Source: a virus (lineage: Duplodnaviria; Caudoviricetes). From it: a DNA stretch of 64,000 nucleotides. Location of the stretch: IMG/VR virus record IMGVR_UViG_3300014613_000002, positions 1 through 64,000 of that record; one strand, 5' to 3'. Below, one piece after another: positions 35,444 through 44,374 of this stretch. The notes under the pieces were generated by a model that was given only the letters and a program-made list of their open reading frames with translations, did not search any database and had not been told where the DNA came from. Within the stretch, counting starts at the first letter, position 1; each line of letters begins with the position of its first letter. A program made the translations under genes and the position numbers.

Positions 35444-36274
35444 CTAAGAGTAGTTTCTCTCTTTCCAGTTTTCAAGTAATTGGGATTTATGCCCACTACA
35501 GAAGTAAAGTTTCATTCCCTGATTTACCCAATCTGTATAACTTAATGTGGGCTGAGCCATAACGCATGGTAAATTAGTACAGTGGCCTAACCCAAATAGG
35601 TGAGCCATCTCATGACTAAAGATACAACTGATAGCATAATCCTCGCCTTCCATTCCCCTCACATCTAACTCTGTCTTCAAACCACGAATTACTATAGTGT
35701 GTAAACCAGGGTAAGCAAGTAAGCCACTATGAAGGTTATCCTCAGTAATAATAACACACAAGTCCACATCATTATAGCCTTCTAAATTCTTTAGTACTCC
35801 ATACATAACAGACTTGTTATGAAAGTCATAGCCTTCTGCCGGTACTTCATGCTTTATAACAAATTCTATCGGCATTTCACCATCGCAGTAATTAGCTAAC
35901 AAATTCGCCTTGTAACCAACAATCCACCTACACCATTCATTCCAATTATCATGCCAGACATAAATGTCGCTACTTCCTTCAAATCCCTCAAGGTAGAAAT
36001 AATAAATACCCAATGTGTAAGTTTGGAGAGATGGTTTATAGACAGCACTAAATTGGACAAAGTCATAAATGTCAATAACACCATTATCGTCAAAATCGCC
36101 TATGGGATTGTAATTGGCGTCTCCTAACTTCGAGCCATAGCATTCTCTAAAGGCTATCCAGTCAGCCTCACCAATAGAACCATCACCATCAAAATCACCC
36201 TTTCTCTCTATTTCTGCAAGGGTTAAGATGGCATCTAACTTTCTTGGTTGTCCCTCTGTTAATTTTATTGCCAT
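35444..36274 (-). CDS. donor strand + dockerin-like domain + metzincin (M54-like) protease
   Basis: MAIKLTEGQPRKLD; GDFDGDG..GDFDDNG; HEMAHLFGLGHC..CVM. Confidence 0.8.
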   Translation of the reverse strand: MAIKLTEGQPRKLDAILTLAEIERKGDFDGDGSIGEADWIAFRECYGSKLGDANYNPIGDFDDNGVIDIYDFVQFSAVYKPSLQTYTLGIYYFYLEGFEGSSDIYVWHDNWNEWCRWIVGYKANLLANYCDGEMPIEFVIKHEVPAEGYDFHNKSVMYGVLKNLEGYNDVDLCVIITEDNLHSGLLAYPGLHTIVIRGLKTELDVRGMEGEDYAISCIFSHEMAHLFGLGHCTNLPCVMAQPTLSYTDWVNQGMKLYFCSGHKSQLLENWKERNYS

Positions 36275-36280
36275 AACTCA

Positions 36281-36547
36281 TCAGACTTCTTTTGTATCGT
36301 AATCTGGATGACTAAACCTAATAGTGTAAGTCCCTGCAGGAATATTAGTTATCTGGTAGCTACCATTAGAAATAGTATAGTCAGATAAACCCGTTCCCAC
36401 AACTTCGACCAACGCTCCACTTATTGCATAGCCAGACCCAGCTTCAGTTACTGTTCCATATAAAGTCGCTGGTTCTGGTGGAACATAAACTGGAGTTAGA
36501 CTGATATCTAGCTTCTTTGTTTGTCCTTCACTTAATGTTATCGACAT
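36281..36547 (-). CDS. 88-aa circularly permuted CarboxypepD_reg-like subunit (donor + acceptor)
   Basis: MSITLSEGQTKKLDISLTP then LYGTVTE..YQITNIPAGTYTIRFSHPDY, stopping before the last strands. Confidence 0.8.
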   Translation of the reverse strand: MSITLSEGQTKKLDISLTPVYVPPEPATLYGTVTEAGSGYAISGALVEVVGTGLSDYTISNGSYQITNIPAGTYTIRFSHPDYDTKEV

Positions 36548-36560
36548 AATTTATCTCCCT

Positions 36561-37055
36561 TTAGTATGTATTTACTTCCCAGAAATCAGTTTCATAAACA
36601 TCAGCAGCGGCAAGTTTATCAGCTCTAGACCGCCAGAATCTGAGATGCAGTGCAGAAACCAAGTATGTTCCGCCTAATTCACGTTCACGCCAAATGTAGG
36701 CATCATATTGTGGATTCCCTTCATAGATAGGGTGCCAAACTCCATCCCACTCGACCTCAAGTTGCATTAGACTTGTATAATTACTAGGCATAACTAAGTA
36801 TCTGACTTTACTGCAAAGTAGTGGTGTAGGGATTAACTCAAGCCAACCACTCCAGTTAGGCCCATAAATTATATTACACATTGCAAATGTTTGTTCATCA
36901 CCATCGTAAGCAGCTTCTGGAGGCCAGTTTGGATAACTACTCCAATCATTTTGGGGGTCGTTATATATTGTAGGTTTTACCCATCGAGCTTCTTTGATTG
37001 GTGTTAAAGAAACATCAACTCTTTTTGTTTTTCCTTCTTCTAATACTACTGTCAT
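36561..37055 (-). CDS. donor strand + discoidin/galactose-binding-like domain
   Basis: MTVVLEEGKTKRVDVSLTP; EAAYDGDEQT..WLEL..LHLRF..VYETDFW. Confidence 0.7.
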   Translation of the reverse strand: MTVVLEEGKTKRVDVSLTPIKEARWVKPTIYNDPQNDWSSYPNWPPEAAYDGDEQTFAMCNIIYGPNWSGWLELIPTPLLCSKVRYLVMPSNYTSLMQLEVEWDGVWHPIYEGNPQYDAYIWRERELGGTYLVSALHLRFWRSRADKLAAADVYETDFWEVNTY

Positions 37056-37466
37056 TTACATCACCTTCTCTTCATATCGTCCTAGTGGGTCGGTGAATGT
37101 CACAGTATAAGCACCTGGTGGAATGTTCTCTATCCTATAAGTCCCATCTAGGGCAGTAGTTCCAGGATAGCTATCACAGTTAACTGATATTCCTTCAATT
37201 GGACTCCCAGTTGTCTTATCAGTAACAGTTCCATAGAGAATAGCAGTTCCAGGTATTATAGGACATCGTACTTCATCATTTGGTACAATAACATCCCACT
37301 TGGTTCCCTCTGGATTGCATCTACACCAGTTAAGTCCTATGCACTTTTCGTCCCCTGGAGTGCATATAGCTACTGACGGCTTGAGATACTTGTAAGCAAC
37401 ATATCCACCAACTGCTGCTACTCCAACACTTAATGCGACCTTTTGTTCCTTTGTTAGCTTTACCAT
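37056..37466 (-). CDS. membrane-anchored protein: TM, Cys module, C-terminally incomplete CarboxypepD_reg-like domain
   Basis: TM; CTPGDEKC; LYGTVTDKTTGSPIEG..YRIENIPPGAYTVTF..GRYEEKVM stop. Confidence 0.8.
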   Translation of the reverse strand: MVKLTKEQKVALSVGVAAVGGYVAYKYLKPSVAICTPGDEKCIGLNWCRCNPEGTKWDVIVPNDEVRCPIIPGTAILYGTVTDKTTGSPIEGISVNCDSYPGTTALDGTYRIENIPPGAYTVTFTDPLGRYEEKVM

Positions 37467-37503
37467 GTTTCACCTCCGTTGATATTTTCTCATCTTTAAC
37501 AAC

Positions 37504-37746
37504 TTACTTTTTTGTCAACTCAATGTAGGTATGGACTGTTCCTTCTAGTTTAGCCAGGTTAACACTGACTTCAGATACCTTTCCCACTAGACCGTCTACC
37601 TTTTCCACTAGGCCGTCATCAACTTTTCCTTCTAAGTTTTTAACTTTTTGAGTCAGCCCACCATAGGTATATACCTTGGTGTAAACCCATCCGAAGACAT
37701 TCAGTAGTGTGACACCACCTAGTGCTATCCAACTTGTTAAGTCCAT
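37504..37746 (-). CDS. N-terminal TM + coiled-coil protein (holin/hemolysin-like layout)
   Basis: TM then heptad repeats. Confidence 0.65.
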   Translation of the reverse strand: MDLTSWIALGGVTLLNVFGWVYTKVYTYGGLTQKVKNLEGKVDDGLVEKVDGLVGKVSEVSVNLAKLEGTVHTYIELTKK

Positions 37747-38726
37747 TGTATTGCCTCCTTATAGCTTTTATCCAGTCCTAATTTTTGGGTTACATTAGAA
37801 AATCTATTGGCTATAGTTGTCGTGTTGCTTCCTGCAAAAAGCAAGCCCACAACCATGTTATCTTCAGTTAAAATTATTGAACCGCTGTCTCCACCCTCTG
37901 AAACAGGCCCCATAACGAATTGGTCAGTAAATATCGCAGTTTCGCCATTCATACCAACATTGACGGTAGCATCGACCGCTGTTATTTCACCGTGAGTTAA
38001 ACCAGTTGTCCGCCCGGATTTCTTAATCTTCATTCCAACTTCTGGCCCAATTACCTCTTTGGGTAATCCAACTTCTAGAATTGAACTCAGTATATTCTTA
38101 GCATTATTGGGTTTGGCTAGGGCGCAGTCAACCAAATTGTCATTATCAGCCATAGGAAATAATCTTGTCCTTCTGCCAAATGCCTTAGCGGTAAAGTTAA
38201 ATATCTTGGCGATAAAGTTAGCGGCTGGGCAGAAGCTGGACATCCACATATTGATAGGAACAAATTCAGCCAATTTCCCTATTTCGCAGTCGCCCATCTC
38301 CGTTGTAATATCATAGGGGCCTGGCTGCAGAATGGCATCTCCTATCTGCCCTTTGTTGCAGGCAGCGAGCACATGATTATTTGATAAAATATACTTTTCA
38401 CCATTCTTTTTAACAGTCATGCCCAAGGTTCCAGCAGTTATATCTTTATGTCCAATGGAAACACCACCTGGAGCTGGCCTCCACTTATCAGTTCTTTCCT
38501 TGTCAGCATCCAGCAGCCTTATCTCGCCTACCTCAACTATGTCTGTTTCCTTTCCCTTTATCTTCCTTGGGACAATATCCCGTTTCCTTAATAGCTCTAA
38601 AGGCAGCTTCTTAACTACACCGATGACTATGGCATCTCTGCCAGTGTCTACTCCACTGGTTATCTTTTTCCCTCTACCAACGAGAACCACATTGCTTTTT
38701 CTGAGTAGCTTTTTATCCCAATTCAT
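37737..38726 (-). CDS. chymotrypsin-like serine protease with prodomain
   Basis: GTLG..LSNNHVL (His), VDCAL (Asp), GDSGS (Ser). Confidence 0.9.
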   Translation of the reverse strand: MNWDKKLLRKSNVVLVGRGKKITSGVDTGRDAIVIGVVKKLPLELLRKRDIVPRKIKGKETDIVEVGEIRLLDADKERTDKWRPAPGGVSIGHKDITAGTLGMTVKKNGEKYILSNNHVLAACNKGQIGDAILQPGPYDITTEMGDCEIGKLAEFVPINMWMSSFCPAANFIAKIFNFTAKAFGRRTRLFPMADNDNLVDCALAKPNNAKNILSSILEVGLPKEVIGPEVGMKIKKSGRTTGLTHGEITAVDATVNVGMNGETAIFTDQFVMGPVSEGGDSGSIILTEDNMVVGLLFAGSNTTTIANRFSNVTQKLGLDKSYKEAIQWT

Positions 38727-38762
38727 AATATACCTCCAAATTCAAGCTCAAACATTTTTTAT

Positions 38763-38869
38763 CGGGCAAGGCACAAAATCCCACCACTTTGTAAGTGGGA
38801 GAAAGGAGGAAGCGGATGAAAAACCCAAAGCCTGGCGACTTCAGGAAAAGACCGCCTGTGCCTTGCCCG
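38763..38869. other. structured element closed by a 13-bp inverted repeat, in the protease leader
   Basis: CGGGCAAGGCACA / TGTGCCTTGCCCG; inner hairpins. Confidence 0.6.
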
Positions 38870-38870
38870 C

Positions 38871-39026
38871 TCACTTCGTCTCCTTAAATTGCAACATAAT
38901 ATTCTCATCGCCCTTATCAGAATATGTTATCTCCTGCTTACATACCATACAGTATATCCTGTAACCTTTCACAATAAAAGGTTGGTATTCACGGCAATTC
39001 GGACACCACGCCTTTCTTTCTGCCAA
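38871..39026 (-). CDS. 51-aa zinc-ribbon peptide (TTG start, below cutoff)
   Basis: WCPNC...YCMVC. Confidence 0.55.
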   Translation of the reverse strand: MAERKAWCPNCREYQPFIVKGYRIYCMVCKQEITYSDKGDENIMLQFKETK

Positions 39027-39027
39027 C

Positions 39028-39207
39028 TTACCTTCTTAGTTTTCTAATCTTGAGTGTTACTAGTGTTCCACCTACGCCTGCAATTGCTCCTATGATACCT
39101 ATTATAGCGTAGAGCAGTTTTGACCCTTCAGGCTGTGTGTAGGAAACAGCTATGCCCAAGAGTGTCAAGCAGACTATTGCTACTACTAAAACTACTTCAC
39201 TTCTCAT
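39028..39207 (-). CDS. 59-aa two-TM holin-like peptide (below cutoff)
   Basis: AAGGAG SD; two TMs, basic C-terminus KIRKLRR. Confidence 0.65.
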   Translation of the reverse strand: MRSEVVLVVAIVCLTLLGIAVSYTQPEGSKLLYAIIGIIGAIAGVGGTLVTLKIRKLRR

Positions 39208-39217
39208 GTCACTCCTT

Positions 39218-40063
39218 TTACTTCATTTTGTTAATCCCAAGTGCGCCATCAAAGATAGATGCTTTTGGCTCATGACCTTTCCCAACTCCCACATGGTCGC
39301 CTTGGTCTACCACCGTTCCAGCATCATAATCTACTTTGAGAGCATGGCCTATTCGGTCTACGAATGTTATGTAAGCGGTCTGGTACATTGGTGGATACCC
39401 CAAATCTCCAGCACAAAAGATATGCCCATTCTGAGGTTCGAGAATATACCAGCTAGTCAGGTCATGCCAATCGCCACCCACATAAAATATGTTGTAGGCA
39501 TGATTGCCTTTGCTCACTGAATCTCCACGAAGAATACATCCAGCACCCAATCCCTTGTAAGATGCCATTGCTGTGTCGGCGGAGAATCCACCACACATCA
39601 TATCGTGGTATTCTGAAATCTTAGTCCAAGAGCCAGCATTCCCCTCAAACTCATCAATTCCATCTATCTTGAGCTTGATTAGATATAGTGGTATATCCTC
39701 CGTGTGTGGAAAGTGTGGTTCTTTGTAGGTCATATCTATTCCATACTCAGTCCTTATGTTGCTGCGAATTACTCCTAAGTCCTTACCACCAGCAATACCA
39801 TCACCATCCTCGTCATAGTCCACTTCTTCGATGGGAAGATAAGGTGCTGATTGGTCAATGAAAGGCAAGTGGAGTATCTTCTGGTAGGTCTTGCCATAGA
39901 CTTTAGCAAACAGAACAAAATCAAATATATTTACCTTCCCATCATTGTTGAAATCTGCCCTTGAATCAAACTTCTTGTCTCCCTTCTTGGAGTTATAGCA
40001 AGAGGCAAACCTCACAAAATCATGAATGCCTATCTTGCCATCGTTGTCAAAGTCGCCCTTCAT
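39218..40063 (-). CDS. dockerin-like domain + papain/transglutaminase-like cysteine protease
   Basis: GDFDNDG..ADFNNDG; MCGGFS..HAYN..LEPQ (Cys-His-Glu). Confidence 0.7.
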   Translation of the reverse strand: MKGDFDNDGKIGIHDFVRFASCYNSKKGDKKFDSRADFNNDGKVNIFDFVLFAKVYGKTYQKILHLPFIDQSAPYLPIEEVDYDEDGDGIAGGKDLGVIRSNIRTEYGIDMTYKEPHFPHTEDIPLYLIKLKIDGIDEFEGNAGSWTKISEYHDMMCGGFSADTAMASYKGLGAGCILRGDSVSKGNHAYNIFYVGGDWHDLTSWYILEPQNGHIFCAGDLGYPPMYQTAYITFVDRIGHALKVDYDAGTVVDQGDHVGVGKGHEPKASIFDGALGINKMK

Positions 40064-40064
40064 G

Positions 40065-40265
40065 CTACTCCTTGCTTTCCTCTTTTGCCATTATCATGTC
40101 ATAATGCCAGTGAATACACCTAAGCTCATTGAGTATTAAAACCAGAGCTGCCTCCATTTCAGGTATCCTCTGAGTCTGGGCGTAGCCCTCAATAGCACCA
40201 CGTGTTCCCTCTATGATCTCAATCATAGTCTTAGGGTGTTCTATTTCTTTCTTTCCGTTTACCAT
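40065..40265 (-). CDS. hypothetical protein
   Basis: GGAGG SD. Confidence 0.65.
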   Translation of the reverse strand: MVNGKKEIEHPKTMIEIIEGTRGAIEGYAQTQRIPEMEAALVLILNELRCIHWHYDMIMAKEESKE

Positions 40266-40274
40266 TTTATCCTC

Positions 40275-41795
40275 CTATGCCTTTTGAATAAAGATTACTT
40301 CATAATACGCTGGTCTTCCCTCATCTGTGCTCCAAGGATTATGTGTATGGTCGCCAGGGTCACTTAATGTTGTATGAGTATGAGCATTCTCGCTATTATA
40401 AGTATGTGAGTGATTACCAGCAGCCAATTGCGAAGTTGGATAATTAGCACCACCTCCTGCTGCCTCAAAGTTAGTTGTGGTATGTGTATGGTTTCCTAAG
40501 GTGTTCGTAGCAGCGTGTTGATGTGCTCCAGCCGAAGTCTGTGAATGTGCTGAATGAGCACCAGCATTTTGGTCGGTATGAGTGTGGGTATCAGAGCCTC
40601 CTCCCCCACCAGGGTCAACTCCTGCATTTGAACCTCTAAGGAACTTACTCAGCATATTGGGTCTGGTATCGCCACCATCACACTGATTATATCCTACAGG
40701 GATATTTGCCAAAAGACCTGTCCATACCACGATGCCATTTGCAGGAATTGATGTTGCTCCTCCATCGTTAATGATATATGCCACATCATAATAAGCAGGG
40801 AGAGAGGAGGCAACAACTACAGTGTGAGCGTGGCTACCATCATCACCCATAGGATTATGATTGTGGGTATCTATAGTATTACTATTAGCATGAGTATGGT
40901 CTCCAGCATGAGTATCAGTTTGTAGTAGTATAGTGGTATCTGTCCCGATTAGACCATACTCGTCATTATGGGTATGCGTCCAGGTAAAGGCACTAAATGT
41001 ATGGAAATGGGCAGCGGCATTATCCATCGTGTGGCTATGAGCAGCTTGGGCAGTCTCAGTATGTAAATGTGTTGCTGTTCCACCAGTCGTGCCAGGTTCA
41101 GTGACATTTGTATTAACCCCTCTAATAAAGCGAGAGCGTAAGTCTGGTCTTCCATCACCACTATCACAAAGCGACCAGCCAGCAGGTATAGCAGCTAATG
41201 TTCCTGCCCAAATAATTATTAAATTGGCTGCCACTGCTGCACCAGCACCTGCCTGTATAAAAGCTACTTCATAATAAGGAGGACGACCATCATCAGTGCT
41301 CAAGAGATGAGTGTGGTCGAGAGTTGCATCCATCGTGTGTGAATGCACTGCTGAATTTGTTGTGTGCTGATGTGCACCAGCACCATCACCATTAAATCTA
41401 GTTGAGCCATCACTAGCTACTCCAGTAGTAGCAGTCCTATGTACGTGAACGCCTGCACTAACTACTACATGAGTATGAGACTGGTCTGCAGTAGTATGAG
41501 TATGTGCTCCTGCAGCAGTCATAGTAGCATGGGTATGAGTATCTGCTCCACCAGTAGTTCCTGCTTCAGTAGCAGCAGGTGCACCTCTTATAAACCTTGC
41601 AACGAGATTGGGTGTAGTACCACCACCGTCACAGAGAGTCCAGTTTGCAGGAATATTACCAAGCGTACCACTCCACATAACAACAACTTCTTGTGCTAGA
41701 GGAATAGCCCATATTACCCCTTTTACCTTAGCTATATTGGCTGCAAGCACTCCCATTATTTTGGCTGGATTAGTCACACCACTTATTTTAGCCAT
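40275..41795 (-). CDS. fibre protein with three tandem tail-collar + HxH repeat units
   Basis: 3x W.G....IP.[GN][WY]..CD....P.[LM]..[RK]F.RG; many HTH/HSH; 3x P[PA]YY.V.[FY]I. Confidence 0.85.
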   Translation of the reverse strand: MAKISGVTNPAKIMGVLAANIAKVKGVIWAIPLAQEVVVMWSGTLGNIPANWTLCDGGGTTPNLVARFIRGAPAATEAGTTGGADTHTHATMTAAGAHTHTTADQSHTHVVVSAGVHVHRTATTGVASDGSTRFNGDGAGAHQHTTNSAVHSHTMDATLDHTHLLSTDDGRPPYYEVAFIQAGAGAAVAANLIIIWAGTLAAIPAGWSLCDSGDGRPDLRSRFIRGVNTNVTEPGTTGGTATHLHTETAQAAHSHTMDNAAAHFHTFSAFTWTHTHNDEYGLIGTDTTILLQTDTHAGDHTHANSNTIDTHNHNPMGDDGSHAHTVVVASSLPAYYDVAYIINDGGATSIPANGIVVWTGLLANIPVGYNQCDGGDTRPNMLSKFLRGSNAGVDPGGGGGSDTHTHTDQNAGAHSAHSQTSAGAHQHAATNTLGNHTHTTTNFEAAGGGANYPTSQLAAGNHSHTYNSENAHTHTTLSDPGDHTHNPWSTDEGRPAYYEVIFIQKA

Positions 41796-42292
41796 TAAGC
41801 AATCTCCACAAGTTCCAGTGAAGGATTAAAATAAATTATATGAACTCCAATTATGCACTTACCAAGACACTGCACCTGCTCGCCACTATCCGCAGGTAAT
41901 ACATTATCAAAAGCACCAGCAACAGTATCACTCACATAGAGCATATCGCCAAGAGTAAAGGTAAGTATGGTATCCTCTCGGAAGAAACCAATAAGTAGAA
42001 ATTCCCCCCAAGCATCAGCAGCAAGTGTGGCCTCACAAGCCATGGCTATGGCAGGCATCGTACCCGCTGCATTGGACTGAGCTAACCACAGTTTACCATC
42101 GTTCTTCACATAGACAAGCTCGGTTCTGGTTATTATTTCACCAGCCTGTAATGTAGCAGTAAGCCCCGACCAGGTTTGGTCAGAAGTAAGGTTTGCGATT
42201 AGGTTTATGTTCATGCCTGAAGCTAAGTCAAGGCCAGCAGCTTCACAGGCTGATACTGCCCCAGCAGCAGTTACTAAAGCTCCTATCTTCAT
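41795..42292 (-). CDS. capsid-cement/DUF2190-like beta protein
   Basis: AGEII..LVYVKNDG..AMACEA..GEFLLIG; resembles C-terminus of 42826-44172. Confidence 0.55.
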   Translation of the reverse strand: MKIGALVTAAGAVSACEAAGLDLASGMNINLIANLTSDQTWSGLTATLQAGEIITRTELVYVKNDGKLWLAQSNAAGTMPAIAMACEATLAADAWGEFLLIGFFREDTILTFTLGDMLYVSDTVAGAFDNVLPADSGEQVQCLGKCIIGVHIIYFNPSLELVEIA

Positions 42293-42308
42293 TATCTACT
42301 CTACTCCT

Positions 42309-42824
42309 TCACATATCATACTTTAGGCATATATCAATGACTATCACCCCAGCCACATAGCCAGCAGCACCAACATTGGCTGTCCTGCTCAAGGTTACGG
42401 AGACATTATCCCCGTAAGCAATTGGGCAGGTGGCGTGGTCGTAATCCAGGACTATTGGCACCATATGGAAGCTGCCAGCGCCATTATAGGCCTCGATATT
42501 ATGATTTACTCCTGGAGTCTGTGTTGCAGCAGTATCCACATCCTCGTGGTCGGCAACGCTTATTATCGATGTCTCCCAGTCTATCAGGTCATTGGCAGTC
42601 TCATCCGCATCAAGCACGCAGTGGAGTATAAGTTCAAGGTCACTCTCACCATTCCAACCTTTAGGAATGCAGAATTGGACATAGAGGATTTCCGCATCAG
42701 CGGAGAATAAGAAGCCAGCAACCCCATTGCGCACGGCTGCCACAGGTGACGCAACGCCCTTCCTGAAGTTCTCCATTGGGAGCCTTTCTGTTACGCCTTC
42801 CAATTTCCAGTCTCCCACTTTCAT
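42309..42824 (-). CDS. jelly-roll-like vertex/spike accessory protein
   Basis: Resembles C-terminal domain of 44562-46448 (F.IP..., V...L.R, L.Y). Confidence 0.55.
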   Translation of the reverse strand: MKVGDWKLEGVTERLPMENFRKGVASPVAAVRNGVAGFLFSADAEILYVQFCIPKGWNGESDLELILHCVLDADETANDLIDWETSIISVADHEDVDTAATQTPGVNHNIEAYNGAGSFHMVPIVLDYDHATCPIAYGDNVSVTLSRTANVGAAGYVAGVIVIDICLKYDM

Positions 42825-42825
42825 T

Positions 42826-44172
42826 TTAATCCCACGGGCTTATTATGTAGGCGTCAATGACCCCATTGCTGTCATCGGTAGCGTATGCCTCAAGTGCCAA
42901 TGCGAATCCCTGGTCACCAGCGGCAGCCTTCATAGCTATACAAGCAGTGGTAAATGCCCCCAGTATGTCGTCAATGGCAATGTCAATAGTTCCGTTAACC
43001 TTGAGTACAGCCGTGAAACCCTTTACCAGCACATAGCCACTGGCATCATCCTCAATCGTTTCGGCGACCATGCCGTAAACCTTGTCATCTCCTTGCGTGA
43101 CTGTTGTGGTAAACTCGACTGCTGTCGCTATCCCCTTAATGATTACCACATCACCAGCCACTCTCTGGGAGCCAGAAGTGTTTTTGACATGGATGTAATG
43201 CTTATACTGGATTACATCAATCTCACGGTTGTCGTCTTGGACTATTGTCAGAGTCCCAGCGTCATTGAAGTTGGCTGTCTTGCCTGCATCGTGGAGGTCA
43301 TTGCCCTGGATGATGTTCTTATCGCTGGCAACATCCGATATGTTAATTCCATACCTTGGCTTATTTCCAAGAGCACCTTGCCTGCATACATTATTAGCGA
43401 TGAGGTTGTAGTCGCTACCACCAAGGAAAATATTATCATATGTATTATCTGCTGCCTGCGAATTCTCAAGACAGGTATTCCCTATGATGGTGTTGCTGTT
43501 GCTGTCGACGAGATAAATCCCGTAGCTATTCTCCTGACAAGTGTTGCCAATAATAGTGTTGTTACCGTTGATGAAAAAGTAAATTCCCACCCCGTCATTC
43601 CCCTGACAAGTGTTGCCACTAATAGTATTGTTATTGCTATTGGTAGGACAAATTCCACGGTTGTTCTCCTGACAGATATTGTTCACTATCTGGTTGAAGT
43701 CTGAATTGTCGAGATAAACACCACTATAATAATCGCTGCCGTTATGCCTTCTTGAGTAGACATTTTGGATAAGGGAGTAGTCTACATACTCGAAGTAGAT
43801 TCCACAGTTGCTTACCCTCCCAACACCACCATCAATTTGCAAGTCAGCAATGACTATATGCACCTTCTCAGTACCAGCACCACCCACAGCACTAAGGAAC
43901 ACAAGGTCAGCAGTAGAAGTAGTCAGGATAGTATTCCTACCGCACCCTCTGAGGGTTTGGTAAGAGTCAAGGTCAATTTGGACTTCACAGTTGTAAGTTC
44001 CATCAAGCAGGAATACCTCCCCACCAGTAGCAGGGAGGGCATCCAGGGCTTCCTGAATAGCCAAATGGTCATTTACGCCTGTGCATACTAGGTTAGCCGC
44101 ACTCTTATTCAAGCTATCACTGGCAGCTATCACCAGTGTGGCAGTCATTGCGCCTTTGTTCTCAATTGTCAT
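42826..44172 (-). CDS. right-handed beta-helix (NosD/pectate-lyase-like) spike protein
   Basis: repeated N.I.GNTC..N...GIY coils. Confidence 0.85.
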   Translation of the reverse strand: MTIENKGAMTATLVIAASDSLNKSAANLVCTGVNDHLAIQEALDALPATGGEVFLLDGTYNCEVQIDLDSYQTLRGCGRNTILTTSTADLVFLSAVGGAGTEKVHIVIADLQIDGGVGRVSNCGIYFEYVDYSLIQNVYSRRHNGSDYYSGVYLDNSDFNQIVNNICQENNRGICPTNSNNNTISGNTCQGNDGVGIYFFINGNNTIIGNTCQENSYGIYLVDSNSNTIIGNTCLENSQAADNTYDNIFLGGSDYNLIANNVCRQGALGNKPRYGINISDVASDKNIIQGNDLHDAGKTANFNDAGTLTIVQDDNREIDVIQYKHYIHVKNTSGSQRVAGDVVIIKGIATAVEFTTTVTQGDDKVYGMVAETIEDDASGYVLVKGFTAVLKVNGTIDIAIDDILGAFTTACIAMKAAAGDQGFALALEAYATDDSNGVIDAYIISPWD

Positions 44173-44173
44173 A

Positions 44174-44374
44174 TTACATCTCCGCCTTCACTGAATGTCC
44201 GTCACTGCATTTTATTGCTATACTATTTCCGCTGCTATTCTTGCCCAGAGACAGTGTTGACTTGCCATTCTGCATCAGCTTAACACCGTTATCATTCCTA
44301 ATAACTTGTGCTGTTAGCTTATGGCATACAGGGCAAAATATCATTTTGTTGGTAGCCAATTTAATCCTCTGCAC
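44174..44374 (-). CDS. small zinc-ribbon protein
   Basis: CPVCH...CSDGH. Confidence 0.65.
   Translation of the reverse strand: MQRIKLATNKMIFCPVCHKLTAQVIRNDNGVKLMQNGKSTLSLGKNSSGNSIAIKCSDGHSVKAEM

Noticed and set aside
36272-37058. Stop-codon read-through fusing the split domains (37056/37055 and 36281/36274 are in frame)
   Set aside because: Read-through would add 2-4 extra residues relative to the intact domain, one junction has two stops, and two other donors (36547, 35434) are out of frame with separate SDs. Trans-complementation fits better, but read-through is not formally excluded.
42727-43704. 325-aa + strand ORF
   Set aside because: Antisense shadow of the beta-helix gene; no SD or motif support.
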